In this document: positions 44,724 to 54,411 of the stretch, piece after piece
How the letters are laid out: each line of letters starts with the position of its first letter
How positions within the stretch are numbered: position 1 is the first letter of the stretch
Assembly: GCA_029881725.1 (NCBI GenBank)
Contig: JAOUMB010000010.1
Span: forward strand, 1,539 to 65,538
From: Nitrospirota bacterium
Lineage (GTDB): Bacteria > Nitrospirota > JACRHL01
Direction of reading: 5' to 3'
DNA length: 64,000 nt
Position numbers and translations under genes: made by a program
Notes under the pieces: generated by a model
The model's input: the letters and a program-made list of their open reading frames with translations, nothing else
Told to the model about the DNA's origin: nothing
Databases searched by the model: none

Positions 44724-46028
44724 CTACGGGTGACCCGGGCACGGTTTGCCCGGCACGCAGATCATGATCACCGCCAGCATGCCGCCCGGTCCCACACCCT
44801 CGTTCTGCAACTCGATCTCGAAGTGCGAGTGGAACGGAACGTACATCTCGCCCATGGCGTTCAGGTTGATCGGTGCGTCGGCACCCAGGTCCACCTTGTG
44901 GCCCAGATAGGCCGTACCGCTGAACAACTGGCCAAAACCCACGTTGATGTTCACCGAGTTGTGCTCCGGCGGCACGATCACCGGCACCGGCTGGGTTACG
45001 TCTCCGCCATACACGTCGAACCCGAAGTTCATGGGCGGATCCCAGGTGAAGATGCCGTCCTGGGTGTCTCCCGGATGCATGGTCTGGGTGTACTCCTCAA
45101 TGGCCAGGTCGCCGTTCACGCCGTCGGAACTGAGCGGGCGGCCGTTGCGGGCCAGCACCATCAGATGGTTGCCGTGGCTGTGCAACGGATGCATGTCACG
45201 ATCGAAGGTCACCATGCGCACCAGCAGCCGCTCCTTGGGATACAGCGCCAGCAACGCGCCCATGGGCTGGTTGGGCAGATACGAAACCGTGTCCGGCGCG
45301 ATGGTGTCCGGGAATGCCCGCCCGTTGACGAACCAGTACTGGGGCAGATAGGCGGAGTTCTGATACGGCAGACCCGCCTTGATCCGCTTGTGCTGATCCG
45401 GGTCCACCGCGCTGTAGAACTGCACAACTTCATAGTCGTAGTTGCTGCCGGTGGTGAAGTAGGCCTGGTTGGGCAGCCCGGTGCGCACGATGATCGCGCC
45501 CACCAGTCCCATATCCACATGCTTGTGCGGATAGGTACCGCTGTAATAGGTGTAGGTGCCCGGCTTGGCCGCCACAAATCGATAGGACACGGTCTGTCCT
45601 GGAGCCGCCTCGCCCGCCAGGGAGCGCAGGGATTCCTTGCTGCCGCCGGTGGTGTAGGCCGGGCCGGTGGGCGCCCAGGTCACACCGCCGTCGGACGAGA
45701 ACTCCACGTTCTCGTGCCCGGGAAACAGCAGCGACACCGCATCGGCGCTCATGGGGCCGCTGGGGCCGTCCATGTCCGGCAGCGCGTTGGTCAGGTTGAC
45801 CGTTACCGTGTCACCCACCAGCACGTCGAGCACCGGGCCCGGGTAGCGGAAACCGCCCGCGCTGTCGCGGAAGCTCCACATGTAGATCTGGGCGCCGTCC
45901 GGCATCGAGATCTCACCCGCGTCGGCCGTCAGGTTGAATACCGCCGCACTGGCCGGGGTAAAGGCCATCAGAAGCATCCCGACGGACACCCCTGCCGCCG
46001 TCAGCATGCGTTTCATTACGCCGCGCAT
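44724..46028 (-). CDS. Multicopper-oxidase superfamily (cupredoxin) secreted protein that appears to lack the type-1 Cys ligand.
   Basis: Sec signal MKRMLTAAGVSVGMLLMAFTPASAA. HPLHSHGNH and HSHFE His clusters are retained. At the position where the neighbouring paralogue has YHCHVEPTEHIALGMVG, this protein has YPHKHVDMGLVG (no Cys). Confidence 0.75.
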   Translation of the reverse strand: MRGVMKRMLTAAGVSVGMLLMAFTPASAAVFNLTADAGEISMPDGAQIYMWSFRDSAGGFRYPGPVLDVLVGDTVTVNLTNALPDMDGPSGPMSADAVSLLFPGHENVEFSSDGGVTWAPTGPAYTTGGSKESLRSLAGEAAPGQTVSYRFVAAKPGTYTYYSGTYPHKHVDMGLVGAIIVRTGLPNQAYFTTGSNYDYEVVQFYSAVDPDQHKRIKAGLPYQNSAYLPQYWFVNGRAFPDTIAPDTVSYLPNQPMGALLALYPKERLLVRMVTFDRDMHPLHSHGNHLMVLARNGRPLSSDGVNGDLAIEEYTQTMHPGDTQDGIFTWDPPMNFGFDVYGGDVTQPVPVIVPPEHNSVNINVGFGQLFSGTAYLGHKVDLGADAPINLNAMGEMYVPFHSHFEIELQNEGVGPGGMLAVIMICVPGKPCPGHP

Positions 46029-46109
46029 AGGTCCATCTCCGCGATAGTTGGCAAACGATGTCTGCCGGTCAAGCCGTTCATATCCACTCCTGGCACCCTG
46101 CCTTCCCGG

Positions 46110-47498
46110 TTAGTTCAACCGGATCTCGGTGATCATGCCACCCCTGTTGTCCACTCCCAGGCCTGCCTGGCGATCGGCCAGAGACAGGTTTGCCTGGGTG
46201 TCCAGTTCGCGCCCGTACAGAAAATACGTTCCCGGAGCCAGCCCCGTGGTGTCCAGAATCACGTCCATCTCTTCCCCCCCGGCCAGCGCCAGGGCTGAAC
46301 GATGGTAGGAAAGGTCGGTGCCCGGAACGCCACCCGGGCCGTCCGGTCCGCGCAGGATCTTGGCATCCTTGCCCACCACGTGCATGGGAATGCCCGGGAT
46401 GACCAGCGAGTGCGAACGGTAGGTCAGGTTGTTGAGGCGCAGCAGGATGCGCTGCCCCACATTGGCCGTAATCAGCGACGAATACGGCTGGGCGATATAG
46501 TCTTCCTTGTAGGCGGAAGCGCCGTTCAGCATGACGTTGGCAGCCGGATCCGGCGCCGCCGGGAGTAATGTCTCCGGATAGGCACGACCGTTGAAGGTGT
46601 AGTAGTTGGCCTTGAACTCGGCCCACACGTTGCGCCCTTCCGCCACGGTCTCCAGATTATGGTGCTTGTCCGCGTCCAGGTCGTGCATGTGAATCACCTG
46701 GGCCACGTCATACCGGGTGTTGGGCGCGGCGCCGCCATCGTTGTAGGCGAAGAACTGCCCGGCGGCCGGGTTGTTCTGGGCCGGATTGACGATAATCGTG
46801 CCCACCATGCCCAGGGCGATGTGCTCCGTCGGCTCCACGTGGCAGTGGTAGCCGTAGGTGCCCGGATCGTTCAACTTGTAGAAATAGGTAAAGTTGCTCG
46901 AAGGTGGAACCGCAACCGACATCTCTGGCACCCCGTCAAACGCCGAAACCGCGTGTGCATACCCGTGGAAGTGGACCGTATGCGGGTCCGCCAGGTCGGG
47001 GCGCACCAACAGCCCGAGGTTGGTGATCGTCAGATAGAGGGACTGTCCCTCGTCCACTTCAATATCGGGTGCCGGAAGCGTAGCCTTGAATTTATAGTCG
47101 ATCAGGTCTGCCTCGGGCACTCCCGTCAGGTCCATGAATCCGAAAATGAACAGGTTGCTGCCGTCCGGCATCTTCACATAGCCGTCGGTGGTGCCCACCC
47201 GACGGCATACCGCCGTGGGGTCGATGGGCAGGCCACTCTTGTGGTTGTACGCGCCGTCGCCGTTCCAGTCGATGTCCTCGGCACCCGGGGTTGCGCTGTA
47301 GCCCGGAGCGGCGGGGTCCAGGGACCAGTCGTACGGCATGTTGTCAATATCGTTGGGGCACTGCATGCCCGTGCCCAGGGAAACCGGAGCGGTAACGGCC
47401 CAGGAGTCGGTGGCTCCGGCCAGCCCGGTGGCGGCCATGGCCAGCCCGAGGATCATGGTTTTGGCCAGATTCCATTTGTTGGAGCGCCGCGGCTTCAT
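46110..47498 (-). CDS. Multicopper-oxidase / NirK-like cupredoxin protein with an apparently complete set of copper ligands.
   Basis: Signal peptide MKPRRSNKWNLAKTMILGLAMAATGLAGA (possible Tat-like RR). HTVHFHG (HxHG), YGYHCHVEPTEHIALGMVG (H-C-H...H....M type-1 site), later VIHMHDLDADKHH. RBS GGGGAG. Confidence 0.8.
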   Translation of the reverse strand: MKPRRSNKWNLAKTMILGLAMAATGLAGATDSWAVTAPVSLGTGMQCPNDIDNMPYDWSLDPAAPGYSATPGAEDIDWNGDGAYNHKSGLPIDPTAVCRRVGTTDGYVKMPDGSNLFIFGFMDLTGVPEADLIDYKFKATLPAPDIEVDEGQSLYLTITNLGLLVRPDLADPHTVHFHGYAHAVSAFDGVPEMSVAVPPSSNFTYFYKLNDPGTYGYHCHVEPTEHIALGMVGTIIVNPAQNNPAAGQFFAYNDGGAAPNTRYDVAQVIHMHDLDADKHHNLETVAEGRNVWAEFKANYYTFNGRAYPETLLPAAPDPAANVMLNGASAYKEDYIAQPYSSLITANVGQRILLRLNNLTYRSHSLVIPGIPMHVVGKDAKILRGPDGPGGVPGTDLSYHRSALALAGGEEMDVILDTTGLAPGTYFLYGRELDTQANLSLADRQAGLGVDNRGGMITEIRLN

Positions 47499-47659
47499 CT
47501 CAAATTCTCCCCGCATCAGGTCGATCTTGCGGGTGGCCGGGCACAGGTTCAGATTCCCGGTGTTCTCTGCTTTTGAATCTTGTTTCATACTCAGTCCAAC
47601 CCTTGGTCACACAAAAAAGAGGGGGTGGGGGTGGCCGAAGCCACCCCCACCCGTTGGGG

Positions 47660-50266
47660 TTAGTTCGCGATCACGCAGATGGCGTATACCGTGAGGGTGC
47701 TATCCGAGATTTCACCCGTGGTGTCCACCTTCACGCGCCAGCCGGTGGGGTTGAGCCCGCCGTCGGGCAGGTTCTCCACCAGACGCAGGGCCGGGCCGGA
47801 GAGGCCGAGTCCCACGTGGCCGGTGTAGCCACCGCCGACCGGCTTCTTGCCGACCGGGCAGGTCGCCGCGCCACCCGCCGCCGCCTGTGCGGGCGGTACG
47901 GTCACGGTGGAGCTGATCACCTGGTAGCCGGAGACACCGTTGATGCCGTCGGCACCCGCGGCGCCGGTGGCACCCGTGGAGCCGGTGGCACCCTGCGGAC
48001 CCGTGGCACCCTGCAGGCCCGTGGGGCCCTGGATACCCGTGGCACCCGTGGCACCCACAGCGCCGGTGGCACCGGTGGCACCCACAGGACCCTGGGCACC
48101 GGTGGCACCCGTGGAGCCGGTGGCACCCTGCGGACCTACGTTACCCTGCGGACCCTGGGAGCCCTGCGGACCCGTGGCACCCTGGATACCCTGCGGACCA
48201 GCCGGGCCGGTAGCGCCCTGCGCACCCTGCGCACCCACAGCACCCTGCGGACCGGTGTTACCGGTGGCGCCCTGCGGACCCTGCGGTCCGGCAACGCCCT
48301 GGAGGCCTTGTGCGCCCTGCGGGCCGGTATCACCCTTGGCACCGGTGGCACCGGTGGCACCTTGGGCACCCTGCGGACCAGTGTCACCGGTGGCGCCCTT
48401 CGGACCAGCCGGTCCTGTCAGACCGGTATCACCGGTGGCACCCGTGGCACCCGTGGCGCCAGTAGCGCCGGCAGCGCCCTGCGGACCAGCCGGTCCGGTC
48501 AGACCGGTATCACCGGTGGCACCCGTGGCACCCGTGGCGCCGGCAGCGCCCTGCGGACCTACATTACCCTGCGGACCCTGGTTGCCCTGCAGGCCCTGCG
48601 GACCAATCGGACCCTGGTCACCCTTCAAGCCCTGCGGACCCTGCGGGCCCTGCGGACCCACGGCACCCTGCGGACCGGTGTTACCGGTGGCGCCCTGCGG
48701 ACCCTGCGGTCCGGCAACGCCCTGGAGGCCTTGTGCGCCCTGCGGGCCGGTGTCACCCTTGGCACCGGTGGCACCTTGGGCACCCTGCGGACCAGTGTCA
48801 CCGGTGGCGCCCTTCGGACCAGCCGGTCCGGTCAGACCGGTATCACCGGTGGCACCCGTGGCACCCGTGGCGCCGGCAGCGCCCTGCGGACCCACGTTAC
48901 CCTGCGGACCCTGGTTGCCCTGCAGGCCCTGCGGACCAATCGGACCCTGGTCGCCCTTCAGGCCCTGCGGACCCTGCGGACCGGTATCACCCTTCGCGCC
49001 GGTCGGGCCAACCGGGCCCATCGGGCCAACATCACCCGTGGCGCCGGTGGCACCCTGCGGACCCACGTTACCCTGCGGACCCTGGTTGCCCTGCAGGCCC
49101 TGCGGACCAATCGGACCTTGGTCACCCTTCAGGCCCTGTGGGCCCTGGGCACCGGTGGCACCCTGCGGACCAGCCGGTCCGGTCAGACCGGTATCACCGG
49201 TGGCACCCTTGGCGCCCGTGGCGCCGGTGGCACCCTGCGGACCCACGTTACCCTGCGCACCCTGGGAGCCCTGCGGACCCGTGGCACCCTGGATACCCTG
49301 CGGACCAGCCGGTCCGGTAGCACCCTGCGCACCCTGCGGACCCACGGCACCCTGAGAACCGGTGTTACCGGTGGCGCCCTGCGGACCCTGCGGTCCGGCA
49401 ACGCCCTGGAGGCCTTGTGCGCCCTGCGGGCCGGTATCACCCTTGGCACCGGTGGCGCCCTGGGCACCCTGCGGACCTACGTTACCCTGCGGACCCTGGT
49501 TGCCCTGCAGGCCCTGCGGACCAATCGGACCCTGGTCACCCTTCAGGCCCTGCGGACCCTGCGGACCGGTATCACCCTTCGCGCCGGTCGGGCCAACCGG
49601 GCCCATCGGGCCAACATCACCCGTGGCGCCGGTGGCACCCTTCGGACCAATATCACCCTGCGGACCCTGCGATCCCTTCGGACCGGTGGGGCCATCCAGG
49701 CCCTGCGGACCCACGGAACCGGTGACGCCGGTCGGTCCAACCGGACCCACCGGACCCTGGGCACCGATGGCACCCTGCGGACCCTGCGGACCCTGCGGTC
49801 CCGGGGTCAGGGAGGTATAGGCATACGGAACACTCCCGAACGGACGCGGAGGCGTCAGCTCCTGGAATGCAACGTTAAAGGGGTCGGGGCTGAACCACAC
49901 CCGCAGCAACGCTTCCGAGGTTCCGAAGGCGGTGGCCGGGATGGGGTTCATCCCCGCCGCGCCGAGATCCACGTGAAAATCGCCGTAGACGACCGGAGCC
50001 GCCTGGGAACCGGCGGGCACTTCCACAATCTGGTTGCTCTCCACCGAACCGTCGTTCGACCACAGGGTGGCATACCCCGCCGTCGCATTCCCGGTCACGA
50101 TGGTGAATTTGAAATATCCGGTACCGGTGAACGGAACACCGCTGGCGTCAAGCTTCCCCGAATAGGGAACGACCTCCGGAATAAGGGATTGCTGCGCCCA
50201 CACAGGTACCTGCCCAAAGGCAAGCATGGTGGCCGCGACATACACAAGCAGTCTCGACTTTTTCAT
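47660..50266 (-). CDS. Collagen-like triple-helix repeat protein with N- and C-terminal globular domains.
   Basis: Signal peptide [24 protein letters not shown]. About 165-aa N-terminal domain, then about 200 uninterrupted Gly-X-Y triplets ([25 protein letters not shown]...), then a roughly 95-aa C-terminal domain ending ...[16 protein letters not shown]. Confidence 0.85.
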   Translation of the reverse strand: MKKSRLLVYVAATMLAFGQVPVWAQQSLIPEVVPYSGKLDASGVPFTGTGYFKFTIVTGNATAGYATLWSNDGSVESNQIVEVPAGSQAAPVVYGDFHVDLGAAGMNPIPATAFGTSEALLRVWFSPDPFNVAFQELTPPRPFGSVPYAYTSLTPGPQGPQGPQGAIGAQGPVGPVGPTGVTGSVGPQGLDGPTGPKGSQGPQGDIGPKGATGATGDVGPMGPVGPTGAKGDTGPQGPQGLKGDQGPIGPQGLQGNQGPQGNVGPQGAQGATGAKGDTGPQGAQGLQGVAGPQGPQGATGNTGSQGAVGPQGAQGATGPAGPQGIQGATGPQGSQGAQGNVGPQGATGATGAKGATGDTGLTGPAGPQGATGAQGPQGLKGDQGPIGPQGLQGNQGPQGNVGPQGATGATGDVGPMGPVGPTGAKGDTGPQGPQGLKGDQGPIGPQGLQGNQGPQGNVGPQGAAGATGATGATGDTGLTGPAGPKGATGDTGPQGAQGATGAKGDTGPQGAQGLQGVAGPQGPQGATGNTGPQGAVGPQGPQGPQGLKGDQGPIGPQGLQGNQGPQGNVGPQGAAGATGATGATGDTGLTGPAGPQGAAGATGATGATGATGDTGLTGPAGPKGATGDTGPQGAQGATGATGAKGDTGPQGAQGLQGVAGPQGPQGATGNTGPQGAVGAQGAQGATGPAGPQGIQGATGPQGSQGPQGNVGPQGATGSTGATGAQGPVGATGATGAVGATGATGIQGPTGLQGATGPQGATGSTGATGAAGADGINGVSGYQVISSTVTVPPAQAAAGGAATCPVGKKPVGGGYTGHVGLGLSGPALRLVENLPDGGLNPTGWRVKVDTTGEISDSTLTVYAICVIAN
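47950..49790. repeat. Internally repetitive DNA encoding the collagen Gly-X-Y tract.
   Basis: Long runs of near-identical 9-27-nt units (ggcacc ctgcggacc ...). Antisense frames give long spurious ORFs (for example 47573..50560 +). Confidence 0.8.
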
Positions 50267-50317
50267 CTTAATACTCCCACTGTTCACAGAACGACACATC
50301 CTTGTTGTTCATTTAAA

Positions 50318-50926
50318 TCAGTACAATCTGTAATCGGCGCTGGTGCTCTCACCGGTCACCGGACCATCACGCCCGGTCATGCTGCCCATCACGTCCACCA
50401 GGACGTAGCCGGCGGCACTGCGGCGGTTACTTACTGTCGGAAACGAACCCGAATCAAACGGCAGGGACCCCAACGCCAGTTCCATCAGATCGGTAAAGCC
50501 GTCCTGATCGCTGTTGGTGAACTGAATCTCCCCCGCGGTCAGCACCACGGTGGCCAATAGCGGATCGGTCCAGTTCAGATTGGCGGTGGTCCGGCCCACC
50601 ACGGTGCGGGTGGAGCCATCATCGATCAGAAACACGATGTCCAGGGCCAGCGTGGGTCCGCTATGGCGGATGCTGTCCTGAACGGCCCCGGTGGCGGGAT
50701 CGATATTCAGTTCCACCACACTTCCATTGGCAAGGTGTGCCTCGGCCACCAGCGTCCCGCCTGGAACCTGATGGTGTACCAGTTGGGAAGGAAGATCGAT
50801 CTTGAAATCCTTCGCCGCCGAAGCACCGCCGCCCTCGGGGCCACCCGTTGCACCGCACCCCGCAGTCACGAGCATCATCGAGACTCCGAGGAACAGCCAC
50901 CGGAACCTTGCGCCGGTTTTTGTCAT
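50318..50926 (-). CDS. Hypothetical lipoprotein.
   Basis: MTKTGARFRWLFLGVSMMLVTAGCG (lipobox VTAGC). No recognisable motifs. Lies immediately upstream of the collagen-like gene. Confidence 0.55.
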   Translation of the reverse strand: MTKTGARFRWLFLGVSMMLVTAGCGATGGPEGGGASAAKDFKIDLPSQLVHHQVPGGTLVAEAHLANGSVVELNIDPATGAVQDSIRHSGPTLALDIVFLIDDGSTRTVVGRTTANLNWTDPLLATVVLTAGEIQFTNSDQDGFTDLMELALGSLPFDSGSFPTVSNRRSAAGYVLVDVMGSMTGRDGPVTGESTSADYRLY

Positions 50927-51447
50927 TGATCTAAAACACACGGTTATTTAACTCCTGCCTTCTGTCGCCAGACCGGTATTTTCCGGCCGATTCGACCTGT
51001 GCTGGATCCGGGTTACTCAAACACCTTAACAACCCGTCCCCATCCGGAGACTTGATCCCATCCATGGGCACTCCACAAACACAGTTCCATTCGTGTCTGC
51101 ACAATATCAGTGCACCAGACGATTGCAGGTTCTTTGCCAATCGTCCCGCTTTTCGTAAACATGATTATCTTACAGTCACTTATGATCGACTCGCACTGAG
51201 CACTCGTCAATTCACAACCAAACACTTTCTATTGCTGGGAAAAAGTTTAGGACTTTCCGACAAAATATTGACGAAACTCTTTCCCTTTGGAAATGAGTAC
51301 ATTTACATAGCACTTTTGAGGGGGGTGGGGGTTCCGCAAGGGGATAGCGGAACACGGAGGCGGTTATCCGGAAACCGGAAGTTCAAGAGGGAGGAATTGA
51401 GGCCAGATTTTCGGCACCGCGCGGGAGGCGCGCGGGGGGAAGGATAA

Positions 51448-51975
51448 TCAGTTACCCAGATCGGTTCCCGAGGTCGCGGTGACGCGGTCCGGAAGCACCG
51501 TTCCGTCCACCCCGATAAAGGTGGTGCCATCCCAGACCAGAGCCCCGTTGTTGCCGGTTCCCGAAAGGTCAAAACGGAGGGTTCCCAGCGTTCCTTCCGA
51601 AACCCCTTCCAGGGCCACCAGCAAACGGCCCGGATCACTGGTCAACGGCAGCATCCGTGCCGCGCCAAGGAGGGGATTGGCGGTGAAGCCGGAAAACGTC
51701 ATCCATGTGGGATCGAACAGGATTTCGGCCGAAATGCCGCCCACCCCGGCCAGGTTCAACGTGGGGTCCAGGTTGGACAGGGACAGGGTCACGTCCGCGC
51801 GGGTTGCGGTGGAGCCGGGTAACAGGGTGAGTGACAGGAGATTTTCACTGGCACCATGCCCGCCGCCCGGAACGACCGGGTCACCCCCACCCACGCCACC
51901 TCCACCACAGGCGGCAAGCAGCACGCAGACCAGTGCGGCGCAAAGAGGCGCTGATATCCAGTGGCCACGGGTCAT
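51448..51975 (-). CDS. Small lipoprotein of about 175 aa, probably beta-rich (speculative cohesin-like partner for the dockerin proteins).
   Basis: MTRGHWISAPLCAALVCVLLAACGGGG (lipobox LAAC). Its ATG overlaps the TGA of the upstream S8 peptidase gene (ATGA). Ser/Thr/Gly-rich, strand-like sequence. Confidence 0.55.
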   Translation of the reverse strand: MTRGHWISAPLCAALVCVLLAACGGGGVGGGDPVVPGGGHGASENLLSLTLLPGSTATRADVTLSLSNLDPTLNLAGVGGISAEILFDPTWMTFSGFTANPLLGAARMLPLTSDPGRLLVALEGVSEGTLGTLRFDLSGTGNNGALVWDGTTFIGVDGTVLPDRVTATSGTDLGN

Positions 51976-53918
51976 GGAAGCCCCCTTTTCGAACCAAACA
52001 GGGACTCCAGCAGCAGCCGGTCGGCGCCGTCCAGAACCCCGTCGCCGTTCAGGTCGAAGCGGGGGTGCGGACTGGGGGAGGTCATCGCCGTGGTCAGGCT
52101 GACCAGGTCGAATGCGTCCACCCGCCCGTCCGTGGCCACGGCGCCACGGTTTACATCGCCCGGCATGGCCTCCGCCGGGGCGCTGCGCAAGGACGGATTT
52201 CCGCCGTCCACCGCTTCCACGGTATAGATGTCCCCCGGACCGAAGGCCCGTCCGGAATCGGTCAGTTCCAGTCCGGTGGTGGTTCCCAGCGCAAACCCGT
52301 TTCGGGATACCGCATAGGCAATCCCCGCGCCCCGGCCGGGCACCGCGTCCCACCGGACGCTCACCCCGGTGCCGGTTTCGGCCAGCCAGAGGTCCGGAAC
52401 ACGTGCCACCTTCGGAGCCAGTCCCCATCCAGCGTTGCCGGCCAGCAGCTGGTTGAAGGCTGCGGTGATGTCAATCAGGCCGAACCCGTACTGGTTGTTC
52501 GGTGTGGCACCCCCATCCAGCGGGATGGCGGTCAATGCCAGCGCGGCCTCCACCTCATCCACGGTCAGATCCGGAAATGCCGACAGCAAGAGCGCCACCG
52601 CGCCGGTCACGTGGGCAGCGGCAATGGAGGTGCCGTTGAAATACTGATAGTTGGCCACGCCGCCATTGCTGAAGGTGGCGGTGTAGACCTCCTGGCCGGG
52701 GGCCACCACATCTGGATACTGGGGGCGGCCGGCACAGGTGGTGGGTCCCTGCCCGCTGCTCTGCCCGGCAAAATTCCACAAAGCCCCCTGCGGGTTGGTG
52801 GCTCCCACCGCGATCACCTCCGGATACCCGGCGGGAAGGTGCGGCTTGCCGTCGTTGCCGGCCGAGGCCACCAGCACCACACCGGCGGCACGCAGGTTTT
52901 GCATGGCCACTTGCAGGTCGGTGTAGGTGTTGCAGGATTTTCCCGGTTCCACGGTGGATTGCAGCGACCAGCTCATGTTGATCACGTCCGGCGGAGTGGT
53001 TTCCAGCAACCACTGCAACGCACCCAACGCGGCGGCCACGTCGGAAGTACCGTTGGCATTGATAATGCGTGCGGCGGCCCACGATGCATCCGGGGCCAGG
53101 CCAATCCCCTGTCCGGAAGCGGCATGCCCCAGAATGGTGCCCATCACACCGGTTCCGTGCCCGGAATAGGCGGAACTGGAGGGGTGATCGGCAGGGACCG
53201 GGGAGCCGGGACACGGCCCGGCACCGGTGCCGGTGGTATCGCACCAGCCACGAGCCCCGGCGCGATAGCGGCTGGGAACCAGATCCGGGTGACGTGGGTC
53301 CACACCGGTATCGGTGGTGGCCACCACAACCTCTCCTCCGGTGTAGCCCATGGCCCACACCGGAGCGGCATTGACCTCGGTCAGGTTCCATCCCTCCGGG
53401 GCCACTCCGCCCCCGCCACCCCCAGCCTGGGGAACCAGCGGCACGCTGACCGGTGCGTTTTCAATGATGCGCGCCTCGGGAAACTGGGCGGCAAGTTGAC
53501 GGATGGTTTCGGGAGTGGCATCCAGGGCCACGGCGTTGATCAGCCACAGGGGGCGCATACGCGTGGCGCGCCCGGCCCGCACATGTTGTTGCAACTGGGG
53601 CAATGCGGTCTGTTGGGTCGCCTCGGCGGCCCGGCGCAGACCGGAAATCATCCCCTGCCGGCGCATTATGCGCGGCTTTCCGGCCACGGACGGGCGCAGT
53701 GCCGGATCGTCGGGAAATACCAGAATCACCGGCACCAGGTCGCCGGACCCGGCGGCGGCCATGCGCCCCTTCAGGGTGGCGTCAATGGTGCCGGCGGATA
53801 CCTCGGGGGAGTCGCTCCACTGCATGGCCAGCGCCAGCAGGAACAGGGCAAAGGCAAACCCCGCGCCGATGGCGGCGGGGGTGCCGTAATTGCCTGATTT
53901 TCCGGAGGGAATGCGCAC
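51972..53918 (-). CDS. Subtilisin-like S8 serine peptidase with a C-terminal type-I dockerin module.
   Basis: GTG start. N-terminal signal anchor. Catalytic triad motifs VVATTDTGVD (Asp), SGHGTGVMGTILG (His), GTSIAAAHVTGAVALL (Ser). C-terminal DVNRGAVATDGRVDAFDLVSL...RFDLNGDGVLDGADRLLL (two Ca-binding dockerin segments). Confidence 0.85.
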   Translation of the reverse strand: MRIPSGKSGNYGTPAAIGAGFAFALFLLALAMQWSDSPEVSAGTIDATLKGRMAAAGSGDLVPVILVFPDDPALRPSVAGKPRIMRRQGMISGLRRAAEATQQTALPQLQQHVRAGRATRMRPLWLINAVALDATPETIRQLAAQFPEARIIENAPVSVPLVPQAGGGGGGVAPEGWNLTEVNAAPVWAMGYTGGEVVVATTDTGVDPRHPDLVPSRYRAGARGWCDTTGTGAGPCPGSPVPADHPSSSAYSGHGTGVMGTILGHAASGQGIGLAPDASWAAARIINANGTSDVAAALGALQWLLETTPPDVINMSWSLQSTVEPGKSCNTYTDLQVAMQNLRAAGVVLVASAGNDGKPHLPAGYPEVIAVGATNPQGALWNFAGQSSGQGPTTCAGRPQYPDVVAPGQEVYTATFSNGGVANYQYFNGTSIAAAHVTGAVALLLSAFPDLTVDEVEAALALTAIPLDGGATPNNQYGFGLIDITAAFNQLLAGNAGWGLAPKVARVPDLWLAETGTGVSVRWDAVPGRGAGIAYAVSRNGFALGTTTGLELTDSGRAFGPGDIYTVEAVDGGNPSLRSAPAEAMPGDVNRGAVATDGRVDAFDLVSLTTAMTSPSPHPRFDLNGDGVLDGADRLLLESLFGSKRGLP

Positions 53919-53933
53919 GCCGTGGGGAGTCCC

Positions 53934-54386
53934 CTAGTTCACCTTCCAGCCATCCACCACCACCTCGCCGAAGTGGAGTTCCACCGGATCACCCGGCTCG
54001 AACACCATATCCGGGTTCTTGAACAGGGAGTAATAGATGCGCTCCGGACGGGTGCGGGTGGCCTTGGTGCGCAACAGGCCGAGCATGGTGTGCGGAATCT
54101 CCGCCACCTGACCGCTGGCCGGCTCCACCAGATACATGGGGATGTCGGAGGCCGCGCGCAGCAGCTTGCTGGCCTGCTCCGGGTTCACCACCCGGAAACG
54201 CAGGTCCAGCATATGCCCTCCGGCGGTGGTGCGCAGGCTGACCAGTTCGATACCGATCTCCCGGGCCAGCCGCTCCTCGGAGGGCGACTTTTTGCTGAGC
54301 ATCGCCGCCGGACCGTGGGCGCAGGCCCCCAATCCGAGCAGCCCCGCGGAAAGCACCAGCGCCGACAGCATTCCGGTCCACTTCAT
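53934..54386 (-). CDS. Hypothetical lipoprotein.
   Basis: MKWTGMLSALVLSAGLLGLGACAHG (lipobox LGAC). About 150 aa, no motifs. Confidence 0.55.
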   Translation of the reverse strand: MKWTGMLSALVLSAGLLGLGACAHGPAAMLSKKSPSEERLAREIGIELVSLRTTAGGHMLDLRFRVVNPEQASKLLRAASDIPMYLVEPASGQVAEIPHTMLGLLRTKATRTRPERIYYSLFKNPDMVFEPGDPVELHFGEVVVDGWKVN

Positions 54387-54411
54387 GCCATTCCCCCTGC
54401 CTGCCGTTCGA

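Noticed and set aside
47573-50560. 995-aa + strand ORF with (RTL/GTR) repeats.
   Set aside because: It is a mirror image of the collagen Gly-X-Y-encoding repeats on the minus strand. It has no start context or signal peptide, and the minus-strand gene has both.
51013-51447. Small ORFs (70 aa minus, 131 aa plus) in the AT-rich island.
   Set aside because: No RBS, no motifs, and AT-rich codon usage discordant with the rest of the window. Treated as noncoding.
51831-53897. 688-aa + strand ORF.
   Set aside because: Antisense to the S8 peptidase gene.
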